This document shows, piece by piece, positions 1-12,996 of a stretch of 64,000 nt of DNA; the first letter of the stretch is position 1, and each line of letters begins with the position of its first letter. A model generated the notes under the pieces. It was not told the origin of the DNA. It saw nothing but the letters and a program-made list of their open reading frames with translations, and did not search any database. Both the position numbers and the translations under genes were made by a program. Origin of the DNA: Takakia lepidozioides (lineage: Eukaryota; Plantae; Bryophyta); NCBI GenBank assembly GCA_030704615.1, contig CM060731.1:44516001-44580000 (forward strand), read 5' to 3'.

Positions 1-247
1 CTGTTGGCTGTCCTGCAACTTGCACCTCAAAACACAAGATGCACCCTAATCAAAGCAGCTGGCATGAAAATCTTCAAGACTACCATGTGCAGGCTAGACC
101 ACATATGTTGATCAGCTGCAGCCTTGCTGCACATTACAAGTTCTTGGATGTGTGGGGTATTGAAACATGACATCCTTCCCCCACATGGAGAGATGGATAT
201 GTTGTGGGTTCATAGTTCATAGTTCATAGAATCAGCACCATATTAGA

Positions 248-3075
248 TTGTACTCATAAGACGTTGTTTGCCGTAGCCTTGTGGCCATTGACCCCGCGCC
301 CAGTTTGAGCGGGAACAAAAGGGACAGAACCTACCTCTGTTAGGGGCTGACGTTGGTAGTAAGACTTACCTCCATATAAAGAATTAATCTGGGTTTTCCA
401 GATATCCTCTAGAAATCCCTTCACACAAGCATCAATCTGCTGTGTGTGATTTGCCCAAAAAAAAGGCCTCAGGAGGGCCTGGGCTTTTGGCTTAGCCTCG
501 AGACTTTCAAAGTTGGTAAACAGGGGTACAGGCACAATTCCCTTAATAGATTTGAAGAGAGCGTCTCTTTGGTGAGAGAACCCCGGACAGTGTATCAGAA
601 AATGAATACTGTCTTCAGATTGCCCACACAACGGGCAATTTCACTCTCCCTTTCCTCTCTGCTTCTGTTTGCTGTTCAAAGGTAGGCTTCCTGCCCCGAG
701 TTTAAATTTCAGTCTAGTGCCGAGAGTGGGTAGACCCTTGAGGTCATCCAAGATGTCCTCCCCCATGTCACAGACTGGAAACAAGTTCAGGGAAGTTTTC
801 TGCTCAACTTCATTTTCATCAGACAATCTCATGGCAACAGACATGGCTGAGGACACTACAACCTCTAAGTCAGATTTATCCAGCAGGGTCAAGACTTGCG
901 GATCCAGGTCCAGGTCCTTGAGGATCTCTTCTACTCTCTTCTGCCAGGACTTAGCCTGTTTGACAGGGCGGTCCTGTTTCCAAGATATAGAGTCGATTAA
1001 TTTAGGATATCTGGTGTTGGGCTGACCCCACCATCTGACTTTGAATTCATCTCGTCGGGAGCTTAAGGACGGAATGCCAAACTCACCCCGAACAGCCACA
1101 TTGGCTGTTTTGGAGCATGCTGACATACACTCCTTAAGCACCCCCACTTGAATGGATTCTAGAGACTTAGCCTGGTTGGAGTTATCAACCCATATAGCAG
1201 ATCCGTACTCCAAGGCAGGTCTAATAACGCGACAAAGCATGGTTTTCTTAACCTCAGAGTTGACCCCTCTGCAGTGGAAAAATTTAGTGAGCCCCAGAGC
1301 TTTGCCCTTGCCAGTTTGAACAACTTTCCGGATATGTGCATCCCAATTACAATTGGAGGAGAACTCAACGCCCAGGTAAGTGTAGGAAGGGAGGACCGGG
1401 ATCTCTTGACTACCCCACTGCCACTTAAGATCACTTCCTCCCTCTTCTCTGTCGTTGAATGCTACCACTGCACATTTGCTGACATTAGCCTCTAGCCCCC
1501 AAAGATCAAAGTATCTCTTCGCGCAATCAATCAACTCCTGGAGATTGGTTGGAGTCTCCCCTATGCCTGCGAAGTCATCCGCAAACATAAGGGCTGGTAT
1601 GGTGGTATCACCCACCCTTAACCCAAATCCCTCACTTTCCACATCCTCGAGGAGTTGATTGATGAAAACATTGAAGAGCAGAGGGGAGAGAGTACATCCT
1701 TGAGCTACACCTTGGTCTATGTCAAAGAAGTTGGACTTCTGTCCGTTAACAGTGACATAGCTTTTGGTGTGAGCATACAAGTTGTGGACAACTCTCCACA
1801 TCTTTCCCTTGATCCCACAAGACCAGAGGCGGAACCATAGGCCATCTCTCCACACTGTGTCATAAGCCTTTTTGACATCCAGGAAAAAGACATAAGTGGG
1901 TTTCCCTTCTTTTTTCCTTCCCTGGATAATCTGGCTTAGAGTGAAGATATGATCCACACAGCCCCTGTTTCGCCGAAAGCCAGCTTGGCCTTCGTGGAAA
2001 CAACCTCTAGACTCCAGATCAACCTCGAGACGAGTACTTATAACTCTGCAGAATGTCTTGCCAACAGCATTGAGGAGTGTGATGCCACGGTAGTTCCCCG
2101 GTTCTTCTCTGTCACCCTTCTTGTATAGATTGACAATGACCCCCTTGTCGCCAGCGAAAGGGGATCATTTCAGTCTTCCAGATAAGGTTAAAGAGGAGAA
2201 CTAGGGCCTCTATCATGGGATCGCCACCGTGCTTGATAAGCTCGTTGACAATACCATCAGGTCCACCAGCTTTATATCCATTTAAATGTTCAATTGCTTC
2301 CACAATCTCAGAAGAACTAATGGGAGCATTATAAGCCATTGAAATATACTCCAGTTCATCAGGGCTGTTTTGAATCATAGGAACAGTTTTTCCAACTGTG
2401 TCCCTCCATTCAGCAGAAGACCCCTCACTGTTAGACCTAGAAGTTCTGCCAAGCATACTGTAGTGAGTTTCAAAGGTTTTGACAATGTCAACCGATGAAG
2501 TCACCACTGCACCTTTAGTAGTCTTCAGCGCTTGTACTTGCTGACCGTTTTTCGGTTTGTACAAACGTTGAAGGGCCAACCAGAATTTCTTGGCATTACC
2601 ACCATGGTGGTTTGAGTTTATTTCACTGTATAACTTGTCCCAGTATAATTTCTTCTGAGACCTAACAAGCTGATTGATATCTTTACGGAGCTGGTAGTAC
2701 CTCGCCCACAATTCTCTGTTGGTTTCCAAATTGCAGCACTCTTTATAGAGGGCTCGTCTCTCAGCTATCTTGAGTTTAATCTCATTAGTCCACCAATTAA
2801 CTGCTCTACCGCAGACAATTAGTTTCCTCCCAATGATCTTGTCAGCCACGGAGGAAACGAAACTCTCCCAAGAGTCCACTGCACTTTCGACTTCATTTCT
2901 TGCGTTAACAGAGCGTGACTGAAGTTCTTGGAGCGATTGGACAAAATGAGGGAGAGCCTCTTGCAAGGCCTGGACGTACTCAGCCTTGACCTCCTCATTG
3001 TGGAATTTTTCTATGCGCCACTTCCGAATCGAACGTTTCACAGATCTCTTGGTGGTGGGAAAACACCTTTTGATC
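248..3075 (-). mobile_element. 5'-truncated non-LTR retrotransposon (LINE, RTE/RTEX-like), ORF2 with RT and C-terminal zinc finger, disrupted
   Basis: ORFs 2112..3041, 641..1957 and 254..631 join into one ORF2: KAGGPDGI, frameshift at the C-run ~2140, NYRGITLL, FLDVKKAYDTV, QGCTLSPLLFN, MFADD, YTYLG, then CPLC..HFLIHC. A premature TGA at 641-643 sits where the other copies read TGC. A 16-bp direct repeat tcagcaccatattaga at 232-247 and 3076-3091 is the candidate TSD. Confidence 0.92.
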
Positions 3076-3466
3076 TCAGCACCATATTAGAGTCCGAAAG
3101 AGACTGTCCAAGCTTCACATGAAAACAGTATTGCTATGGGGAGGAGACATCGGACTGTGCATTGGGAATGTAACAGTTGGATTACAAAGTCACAGTCCTC
3201 CAGGAGAAGCAAAGACTAACCATTGATTGTCATTCACAAATGTCTCCTGATGAGAACTCTTGTCAAAGACAAGATGAAATGGTGATAGCAGATCAAACAA
3301 AGATCGGGATGGGTGCTGCTGATATCTACAAAGTATTTCCTCACGAACATGATACAAACACAATTGATCTTTAGACTGACTGGTCCGACCTACTCAAAAC
3401 ACATGTGCAGCACTGGGACCATCTCATACCTCCACAGCCTTCCCAAAACAACCAAGGATGCTGGCA

Positions 3467-4687
3467 CTAGACTGAGACACCCAAGCTAAAATGGGAGGAA
3501 AAACAACGCCCTTCCCAATCGGTGGGGAATTCCGGAGGGCAAGGCGGTAACAATCGTAGTGAGTTCTGGGACACGCTGTATGTCAACGTTACGACATGGG
3601 TGGGTTGAAGAAGAATGAGATCACTTTGTCCTTTCGCCATCCACCACCCTGGCCTGGTAGGAGAATCCCTTAGCTCGGTCGAAGGAATTTCAGCAAGGAG
3701 AATCCGCTCCTCCGCTGCAAACTTACACTCCAATATGACAATGCTTTCATCAGTGCCTCTCCCCAACAGCAAGAGGCGTCCAGAGCACTCGACGAGGCGG
3801 CTGTCCCTTAGACTGCGTGGCAATTGCACCGGAGCTGTGCGCCACACTTCCTCTTCCAGATTGTAGGCCAGCAGCGTTCTCTTATCCAAACCATCGTCAT
3901 TAACGAGACACAGACAGTACAAGACTCCTCGGCACACTGCATGAGAGCACACTTCACCAACTGAGGAACTCATGTAGCCTGTTTGTTTCCAAACGTTTAG
4001 TTTTGAATCGTACACCTGGGTTCCAGGATAGTTCTCATTATCATGCCCCCCTACTAGAACAATCTTGTAAGACTTGGTCGCTTCGTCAGCCACCATAGCT
4101 GCTACCAGTATTGAGTCGATTGGTTCGTGGTGCAATGCAGGCAAAGATTTCCAGCACTTGGTCATGGGGTTCACAACGGTTAGCTTCAATTCAGAAGTGT
4201 GGCTTGCTGATTTCCGGCACTTGGTCTTGGGATCGACCACGGTCAGCTTCATCCCAGAAGCGATTCCAAGCAAGAATTTATTCTCAACCAGACGAGGAGT
4301 CACAGAAGCGAGACAAAGCAAGCCTCCATGTGCTGCTATGACCTCCGGATGTCCTGCTATGACCTGGGCTTTGCCATTTCCGTGCGAGAGTGAAGCGAGA
4401 TTAAGATGATACCACTTGTTGACCGAGGGATCACAAACAAAGCAATTCTCCAGGAACCCATCTTCAAAGAAGAGAAACAACTCAGGTCGTGGTGCGGACA
4501 CCTGCGCACAAATCTCAGAGAAATTGGGAGACAGTAACAGGAGAGCCAACCGCTTACACACTCTCCTCAAACAAAACAAGTAAGGGACCGGCAAGCAAGC
4601 CAACACTCGGTCCAAGAGCTCTGGAGGCAATGCACTCCACAACGTCGCATCCATGTCCTCCATCGGGCCTGCTACCTCCTGCGACAT
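3467..4687 (-). CDS. F-box protein with kelch-like/F-box-associated beta-propeller domain (intronless)
   Basis: Open frame with F-box motif WSALPPELLDRVLACLP...LRRVCK, followed by HGGLLCL, VVNPMTKCWKSLP, YKIVLVGG, VYDSKLNVW and LVECSGRLLL. First ATG is at 4687; a TATA-like AT tract lies at ~4826-4837. Confidence 0.88.
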   Translation of the reverse strand: MSQEVAGPMEDMDATLWSALPPELLDRVLACLPVPYLFCLRRVCKRLALLLLSPNFSEICAQVSAPRPELFLFFEDGFLENCFVCDPSVNKWYHLNLASLSHGNGKAQVIAGHPEVIAAHGGLLCLASVTPRLVENKFLLGIASGMKLTVVDPKTKCRKSASHTSELKLTVVNPMTKCWKSLPALHHEPIDSILVAAMVADEATKSYKIVLVGGHDNENYPGTQVYDSKLNVWKQTGYMSSSVGEVCSHAVCRGVLYCLCLVNDDGLDKRTLLAYNLEEEVWRTAPVQLPRSLRDSRLVECSGRLLLLGRGTDESIVILECKFAAEERILLAEIPSTELRDSPTRPGWWMAKGQSDLILLQPTHVVTLTYSVSQNSLRLLPPCPPEFPTDWEGRCFSSHFSLGVSV

Positions 4688-5639
4688 GGGTGTGAAGGAC
4701 TCAATTCCACCCCCTCGCTGTTTCCTTCTGCTCCGTGCTCTCTCCCGCCCTGCCCTCCTCACGCGCAAATTGCTTCGTCCCCTCTCTGGGCCATTGCGTG
4801 ACTCACACGCACAGTTGAACGGGCCATATATTTAAAAGCGAGATAGGGAATCACGGAATAACCTATCTAGTAAAGTGTTCCGTTGCATAGGTATACCCAG
4901 TGTATGTAATATAAAGGATGCATGCCAAGAGTAGTGAGAGAGAAAGAGAAGGGCCGGGGATGTGCTCCAGCCCTCTTCTGTGATGGCGCAGACGGGCGTA
5001 GTCAAGTCATTGTCTGCTTCGTGCAGTGAATGGCCGGGAGGCCAGACATCATGCACCAGATTGAAGGGCCAGTCTGTGGAGTTGAAATGGGCACCCACCT
5101 TCGAAATGCCTGGCCCGAAACCCTGGCCTCCAGAATTTGCAGTGAAAGCGAAGCAAGGGATGGAGAGAGAGAGAAGAGTCCGGACGAAGCCAACGTAAGT
5201 GAGAGCCGCTTTCCCTTTGGATCTCAAGTTTTTCTGCTGTGGCGATTCAGGCTCCATATTGTCGTTGACCCATCTCAGCAGAAACTTCACCCATAAGCTG
5301 AGTTTGTGGTCGCATTGTAACTGTATATAAATGTGAGTGTAATCGACATGTTCGTCCTCCTTCCATTAGCTCCATCTGCGTGTCATGCAATTGCAACGCA
5401 ATGGAAGATAGGTACGTAATAACATCGATTGCTTGCCCTCTGGGATATGATGGTCTCTTTCTGGGCAAATCCACCAGGTTTCTCGGGGTGACAGTTGTAA
5501 GAGGCCAGCTCAAACATAGTCCCCGACGTCCCACTAATAATTATAGATTCGCAAGCATTGTAAGCTTACTGAAAACTATTGACCATAGATGTCGTACATA
5601 CTCTGGTCCCTCCCAGGCAGGGCAGATGTAGGCTCATTG

Positions 5640-6130
5640 ACTGCTCCCTGGTAATGTTACCATGACTTGCATTTGAGGTTGTAGTTCTCACCGGATCTCC
5701 ACTTACCCGCCAGGATATAGATCTTATTTACCTTCCGCATGGCCAATGACAAGCCTATTATTGGGAATATTCCCACTGTTGCTGTAAGGGCTGCTACAAG
5801 AATCATGCTAGAAAACACTTTGTTGATTCTGGCACTCCTGCTCCCAGTCATTCGCAGGGATGAGGTTTTGATTGCACTAATTCACACACACAGATGAAGT
5901 ATACAAGTGCCTACTTTTACCATATTTGGACTCGGTGCTGCTGTAGATCTAGGTTGAGGTAATAGCATTCCCTGGTAGACATTATTGAAGTCAACTGCTG
6001 GCAAAGTTCTCATGGTCTTCCAGTTTGTGCACACAGGTCAAAAAATGAGCAAAAAATGGCTGTGGGAGTTCTTCCCAGACCCTTCAGAGTGTTGGGACAA
6101 AAGGTATGATAAGGTTAGGCAGGTTGTGAA
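5640..6130 (-). pseudogene. possible decayed kelch-repeat fragment
   Basis: KIYILAGKWRSGENYNLKCKSW resembles a kelch blade; there is no long intact frame. Confidence 0.25.
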
Positions 6131-6715
6131 TAGATGTCAGTGATGTTATGACCGAAGTTGCAGTATTAGACAGAATTGTATGTTCAATTGCTCAGATGCA
6201 TGACAATCTGCTTTGTAACCTGTAAAAGAATCAAAAGCAAATCGTTTGTGTCTCTCGGTAATCTGTCTTCCTTGTTCTTTGAAAGCAAGTTGTAGCCGGG
6301 CTGTTGTTGAAGTTCTGGCTGCTCAGCTGTCCCCTTGTGGGTTTCACAGAGAAGTACAAGGCCACGCTTCAGACATAAGGACACAAACGAGATCTTTTGG
6401 ATTGAGAGTTGGTCAAACGCACCTTGGGTGAACACACAGCTTGTGGCCTTAATGCAAGGTTGGGAACAAACTGATGATGGCTCTAATGTTGATATCCATC
6501 ATTGGATAGTGTCTTGGTTATGATTTATGGTTGCCAAACCTGAAGATAGAATTTAGAATTGGTGCAGTAGAAATGAAGTAGTCTGTACTAAAAAGCGGTT
6601 AAAAAGCCTGTTTAATATGTAGCTAGATGCCTGTCCTCCTGAAGATGTGTTCCTTTCATGTAGGCAGGAGCCTTGAGATGTGTTGCTTGCAACTAAGAGT
6701 TCTGAGTCCTGCAGA

Positions 6716-9700
6716 ATGGCAGGGTTGAATCAGGTACAGATTTTTGAAGAATCAAGCACCTCCATAATCACCACTGGTCTAGGAGGACCAAGAGAGGGAA
6801 TCGGCAGGAACCACTTTGGCACTTGTGCGGATGTTAGGGCACTATCTAAGGCAGGACAACTGAAAGAAGCACTGCACATTCTGAACCAACAGGGCGTTCG
6901 GGCTGACTCCAACACTTATGTCTGTGTCTTGCAGGAGTGCATCAAGGTGAAAAGTGGAGCAGAAGGAAAGCAGGTGCATGCCCACATCATCCAAAGTGGA
7001 TTCAGACCAAACATTTTTCTTTTCAATACTCTTGTCAACATGTATGTTAAGTGCGGGAGCTTGGTGGATGCACGCCAAGTGTTTGACAAAATGCCTGAAC
7101 GAGATATGTATACTTGGAATGCAGTAATATCAGGATATTCCAAGCATGGGTGGGGTAGGGAGGCTTTCCAGATCTATCAGAAAATGCTAAAGCAGGGGGT
7201 CATGCCCAACACTGTCACATTTGTTTGCATTCTCAATGCGTGTGTGAGCCTAGGAGACCTGGAGGAGGGCAAAAAGGTCCATGCAGACATTGTCAAAGCT
7301 GGAGTTGCACCAGATATCATTCTGGAGACTGCCCTTGCTGCTATGTATGCCAAATGTGGAAGCATAAAGGATGCACGTCAAGTATTCGACAAAATGGCTC
7401 AACGAAATGTGGTCACTTGGAACGTCATGATCGCCGGATATACTCAGCAGGGTTGCAGTAGGGAGGCTTTTGCAGTGTATGAGCATATGCAAGGGGGAGG
7501 GGTGATGCCCAACAAGGTCACATATATTTGCATTCTCAAAGCATGTGCGAGCCTCAGAGCCCTGGAAAAGGGCAAAGGGGTTCATGCTGACATCATTAAA
7601 GCAGGAATTGCGTCATTTATTAATTTGGAGAATACGCTTATTGATATGTATGCCAAATGTGGGAGCATGAAAGATGCATGTCAAGTGTTCGACAGTATGT
7701 CTAAACGAAATGTAGTCTCATGGAATGCCATGATTGCAGGATATGCTCATCATGGGTGTGGGAAGGAGGCTTTTCAGATCTATGAGCAAATGCAAGGGGA
7801 AGGGGTGACACCTGATAAGTTTACGTTCACTTGTATTCTCTATGCTTGTGCCAGCCTAGGAGCCCTGGAAAAGGGCAAAGACATCCATGCCGACATAGTC
7901 AAAGCTAAGATTGCTCCAGATACCATTCTGGGGACTGCCCTCACTGACATGTATGCAAAATGCGGGAGCATGAAGGAAGCATGTCAAGTGTTCGACAGTA
8001 TGGCTCAACGAAATGTAGTTTCGTGGAGTGTGATGATCACAGGATATGCTCAGCATGGGTGTGGTACGGAGGCATGCCAACTCTATGAGCAAATGATACG
8101 GGAAAGGGTGATACCCGACAGGGTCACATTCATTGGGGTTCTGAAAGCATGTGCAGCCATGGAAGCTCTGGAAAAGGGCAAAGAGGTCCATGCCCACATT
8201 ATCAAAGCTGGAATTGTGCTTGATATAATTCTGGAGACTGCCCTCGCTGACATGTATGCCAAATGTGGGAGCATGAAGGATGCACGGGAAGTGTTTGACA
8301 ACATGACTGAACGAAACATGGTCTCATACAGTGCAATGATCACCGGATATACCCAGCATGGGAGGGGTAGGGAGGCTTTCGAGATCTATGACCAGATGAC
8401 ACAGGAAGGAGTGATGCGCGACACGGTCACATTCACCTGCATTCTCAATGCATGTGCTAGCCTAGGAGCCCTCGAAAAGGGCAAAGAAGTCCATACCGAC
8501 ATCAACGATTCTAAAATTGCTCTGGATATCATTCTGGAGACTGCTCTTGTTGATATGTATGCCAAATGTGGGAGCATGAAGGATGCATGTGAAGTGTTTG
8601 GCAATATGGCTAATCGAGATGCAGTTGCGTGGAACTCGATGATTGCCGGATATTCTCATCATGGTTGTGGTAGGGAGGCTTTTGAGATCTATGAGCAAAT
8701 GCTACTGGAAGGGGTGATGCTCGACAAGGTCACTTTCACTTGTGTCCTCAATGCATGTTCCAGCCTAGGAGCCCTGGAAAAGGGCAAAGAGGTCCACGCT
8801 CACATCATCAAAACTGGAATTGCTCCAGATATGATTCTGGAGACTGCCCTTGCTGACATGTATGCAAAATGTGGGAGCATGGAGGATGCGCATCAAGTGT
8901 TCAACTACATGACTGAACGAAATATCGTCTCATGGAACTCCATGATTGCAGGGTATGCTCAGCATGGGTGTGGTAGGGAGGCTTTCAAGATCTATGAGCA
9001 GATGACACGGGAAGGGGTGATGCATGACATGGTCACATTCACTGGCATTCTCAATGCGTGTGCCAGCCTTGGAGCCCTGCAAAAGGGCAAAGTGGTCCAT
9101 GCTGACATCAAAAGTTCTGGGATTGCTCCAGATATGATTCTGGAGACTGCCCTGGTTGACATGTATGCCAAATGTGGGAGCATGAAGGATGCATGGAAGG
9201 TTTTTGACAATATTGCTAAACGAGATGTGGTCTCATGGAGTGCAATGATCAGAGGACTTCATCGACAAAATGCCAATCACACCGGATACTTCTGTGTGGG
9301 GGGCCTTACTTGGTGCATGTAGAATGCATGGCAATGTAGAGATGGGCAGACCTGTGGCAAAACGCATTCTTGAGAGTGATCCACAGCACACTGCAGCTTC
9401 TGTGCTGCTATCAAACATCTATGCTGCAACTGGTAGGTGGGATGATCAAGCAAAGGTGAGGGAAATGATGGAGGAGAAATATGTAAGGAAGGAGCCAGGG
9501 TGCAGCTACAATATTGATTTGGACAATAGGTGGCACTCTGGCATTTCACTTGTAGACGACAAATTGCATCCGAAAATTGATGAAATCCATGCTGAACTCG
9601 AGAGACTGTTGGAGCAGATGAAAGAGGCCGGATATGTGCCTGACACGCAGTTTGTATTGCATGATGTGGAGGAGGAGCAAAAAGAGTTTTCACTTTGTTA

Positions 9701-9911
9701 TCACAGTGAGAAGCTAGCCATTGCTTTTGGGCTTATCAGCACTCCACCTGGGACCCCAATCCGTGTCATCAAGAACCTTCGTGTCTGTGGTGACTGCCAC
9801 ACAGCCACCAAGTTCATCACAAAGATTGTTGATCGAACAGTTGTTCTACGGGACACCCACCGCTTTCACCACTTTCCACACGGGGTTTGTTCCTGCGGCG
9901 ATTACTGGTAA
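6716..9911 (+). pseudogene. PLS-class PPR protein with E and DYW deaminase domains (organellar C-to-U editing factor), frameshifted by an internal deletion
   Basis: About 8 L-S-P triplets at 303-nt period (MYAKCGS..ARQVFD.M..RNVVSWNAMI.GY). After WSAMI (~9249) the sequence jumps to EDFIDKMPITPDTSVWGALLGAC in another frame. ORF 9270..9911 has the PG box, HSEKLA, KNLRVCGDCH and terminal CSCGDYW. Confidence 0.9.
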
Positions 9912-9993
9912 AGCATGCAACACGCAGAAAAGAGGCACTCATTTTGCGGAAAGGTGAAAACTGCTGGCCCCTTGGATTTTGGCACGAAAGAAA

Positions 9994-10411
9994 TGTACTC
10001 AGAAGACGTTGTTTGCCGTAGCCTTGTGGCCATTGACCCAGCGCCCAGTTTGAGCAAAGGGACAGAACCTACCTCTGTCCAGGGGCTGACGATTGGTAGG
10101 AATCTTACCTTGTATAAAACATGTCCCTTGTTTTCCAGATATAAATCCTCTCTAGAAATCCCTTCACATAAACACATCAATCAGCTGTGTGTGTGGTTTG
10201 CCGCAATAACTAGGCCCCAGAAGGGCCTGGGCTTTTGGCTCAGCCGCGAAGACTTTCAAAGTTGGTAAACAAGGTACAGGCAACAATTCCCTTATAGATT
10301 TGAGGAGAGCGTCTCCTGGTGAGAGAAACCCCGGGCAGTGAATCAGGAAATGAATATTGTCTTCGGGTGGCCCACACAACGGGCAATTGCACTCTCCCTT
10401 TCCTCTGTTCA
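9994..10411 (-). mobile_element. 3' fragment of the same LINE family as 248..3075
   Basis: Colinear with 250..680 (gacgttgtttgccgtagccttgtggccattgaccc; GKGECNCPLCG..IHFLIHC). Confidence 0.9.
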
Positions 10412-10798
10412 AAGGTTTTGTCATGAAAGAGTTGAATCACATGGAATGATCTGTGACATTGAATGCACATCTGTAGTCTGAGCGGCCTAAGGTGACGATC
10501 ACAATTAAATCAGCAAAGAAGTCAGGGAAACCTTATTGTACAGGAGTTTGGGCTGATGGCAGAAGGGGAGAAGCCATCAATTGAATCCTGAGATTACTGG
10601 ATTTGCAATATTTACCCTCCAAAAGGTCAAATTGTTGCGAAGTCTCCACAGTTCAGAAAGTTTGCAATCCCCCCGATATCTGACAGTGGAGGTTTGAGGC
10701 TTTTCACACTTAACTTGTATATTTTAATAAATCAAAAGAGGTTTTCAGTTTCCGGACGATTAACACTTTCTATGAAACAGCTGTTCTTTATGCTGCAG

Positions 10799-10930
10799 AT
10801 GCTTGATGGAATTGAAACTTGTGAGTTGATCAGAGGGTACTGGAGAGATCAGCATCCTCAACTGGTCGAGATGAATTTTGAAGGGCACAATGCTATTACA
10901 GCCAATTTCTGAAGCAGGTGGATGCAATGC
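10799..10930 (+). pseudogene. possible response-regulator receiver-domain fragment (hybrid histidine kinase-like)
   Basis: MLDGIETCELIR...NAITAN resembles receiver MDG.E..R.IR...IIA.TAN. It follows a cag acceptor and stops immediately afterwards. Confidence 0.3.
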
Positions 10931-11902
10931 ACACTAGACCACCGCAACCAACTTTAAAATCCTTGTTCGCAAGGGCCTCATAATCAGATCTCCTGAATTG
11001 CCCGTTGCAAATTAGGGGATGCCCTTTTTGTGGGCCTTGGGACATGTGGACCCGGGCATGTGAATCCTATGCTGACCATGAAAAGCCAAATATTCAGCGA
11101 AGGGAGAGGAGATCAGTTTGCCGCCCTTGAAAGCTGTCCAAGTGGCCCTCCCCTTGGGGTTGACCAGGGTTGACCGTGGGACCAAAGCTTGCAGAGATGG
11201 TCCAATGGGCCCATTTCAAGGACTGTGGATGCTCCATGTGGCAGCCTAAAGCTGTGTGAAATTGGGATTGTAACCCTTTTGCTAAGTTATTGCAAATTTC
11301 CTGATTTCAAAGGCCCAAAACGGGCTACAGGGCGTTTAAGGGTTAATATGAATAGGTATATGACGTTTTTGAACTGTCAGGATTGCCTCTTGGGACGTAA
11401 AATTACGCTCACTTGGTAAAACTTATCTTACATATGCAGTACTAAAGCTGAGGAACATCCGCCTCACATCCAAGGGTGGGGTTTTTGCAGATCTTTCCCA
11501 ATTCTCTTACAAGTTTGTCAGCAGGTGCAGAGAGGGGGCGGTCACTTTTGCTCTCTAGATTTTATAAGGCGTTTGTCGTGTCAGGTGTATGTACGTATGT
11601 ACCCTTTCTTCAAAAAGTCAACAAAGGCACCGGGCGTTGAAGAGTTAAATATAGTTTTATGCCACTCCTCACCCAGTCCAGTCACAATCTCCACGAACAG
11701 CTTTGACATGGATCGAGCAGGAAAGCGCACTGATTCAGTAAACGGAAAATTTTCTGTTTGCACAGCTTTCATACTACCTCCCATGCTCCATAGCTGAAGC
11801 AATATCTCTCCCCTCTCGAGGTTGATAAAGAAGCACAAGGGCTGACAGCTTGTCATTGTGGATTTATGGCCCCACACACTAGTACTACTGTGAACAGCGT
11901 GT

Positions 11903-12118
11903 GAACAGCGATAATGATATGATATTTGTTCAATGTCCTGTAGATCTCTCAATGCCCCGAATGTTGAACGGCGATAGAGTTATGATATTTGTTTGTCACC
12001 AAGTGGGTTGGTTGAATCTGCAGTAGATCTGAGTCTGAATGGCCTGAAACACTATAGAACAGCGATAATGATATGATATTCGTTTGTCACCAAGTGGGCT
12101 GGTTGAACCTGTAGATCT
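11903..12118. repeat. three imperfect copies of a ~45-65 bp unit
   Basis: gaac(a/g)gcgata...atgatattygtt...gtagatct at ~11903, ~11966 and ~12057. Confidence 0.7.
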
Positions 12119-12509
12119 GCACATGCACATGCACCTTGATTGGCAAAGTACGATGCTTATGTCAGTTCTAGACTCTAGTGCCTAAAAAACTGCCTTGGTC
12201 TACTCCTCCTTTATGTTTGCTAGTGCTGGTTTTCAATAAAGCCCTCCAGGGATTTGCCTATCACGGAGGAAGCATGTGCCTTACAACGTACAATGTCTCA
12301 TCGGGATGCCTTGAGTAGCATCCAAGCCTTCTCTTACCTACAAGTTACAACACTGCGGCCCATCCCCTCCATAACAAGTATTAACAACAAGCGGCTCCCA
12401 AGAGGCTGGGGTGGGCCCTGCCTCCCTCGGAAGAATGTTCACTCTTTGTCTTTTGTTGTTCTTGAACAAATACGTGCAGCGGGAGAGACGAACCTATCGC
12501 GAATATGCC

Positions 12510-12740
12510 AGTGACGGCGACGGAACGCGTGGACGGACGCACGGGGATGGATCCCTAATTCTGGACACGTCGTACTGGTGAGCGTGACGAGGCGGGGAAC
12601 GAGCGGCGGTGGACGGTCGCGCACGAGCGTTCACGTGAGCAGGCCACGTGAAGAAGCCCCGCGCTGAATCGCGGCCGCGCACGCCTATTCGCGGTCGTGC
12701 TCGGCTGATCTCCTGAGCCTTCACGTGCGTCCACGTGGCC
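12510..12740. promoter_or_regulatory. CpG-rich island with clustered G-box/ABRE cores
   Basis: CACGTG at 12632, 12645, 12722 and 12732, plus further ACGT/ACGCGT cores in GC-rich DNA. Confidence 0.55.
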
Positions 12741-12961
12741 CACAAGATCCCGGAGCTTTTGAGTTGAGAAGGTTTCGCCATTAATAGAGGATTTCGCCAG
12801 ATTGCCGAGAATTTCCTCTTTGAGAAATATGGTGGGGACCGTACGGTGGCGAAACTGCCAGGTGGCAGTCGTACATTCCCAGTGTGGATTCTGCGGCGTG
12901 TACAGCGCTGTGGGCTTCCGTTGCTGCGTCTTTCTTCTCTTGCAAACTCTTCTCTTTGTCC

Positions 12962-12996
12962 GTCTGTCTGTCTGTCTGTGTGTGTGTGTGTGTGTG
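12962..12996. repeat. (GTCT)n(GT)n microsatellite
   Basis: gtctgtctgtctgtctgtgtgtgtgtgtgtgtgtg. Confidence 0.9.

Noticed and set aside
207-230. (CATAGTT)n as the LINE 3' tail
   Set aside because: It lies outside the 16-bp candidate TSD, and the second copy diverges before it. Not fully excluded.
6730-9693. Numerous short antisense ORFs over the PPR gene (and similar ones over TE ORFs)
   Set aside because: These are shadow frames of real coding sequence with no independent motifs.
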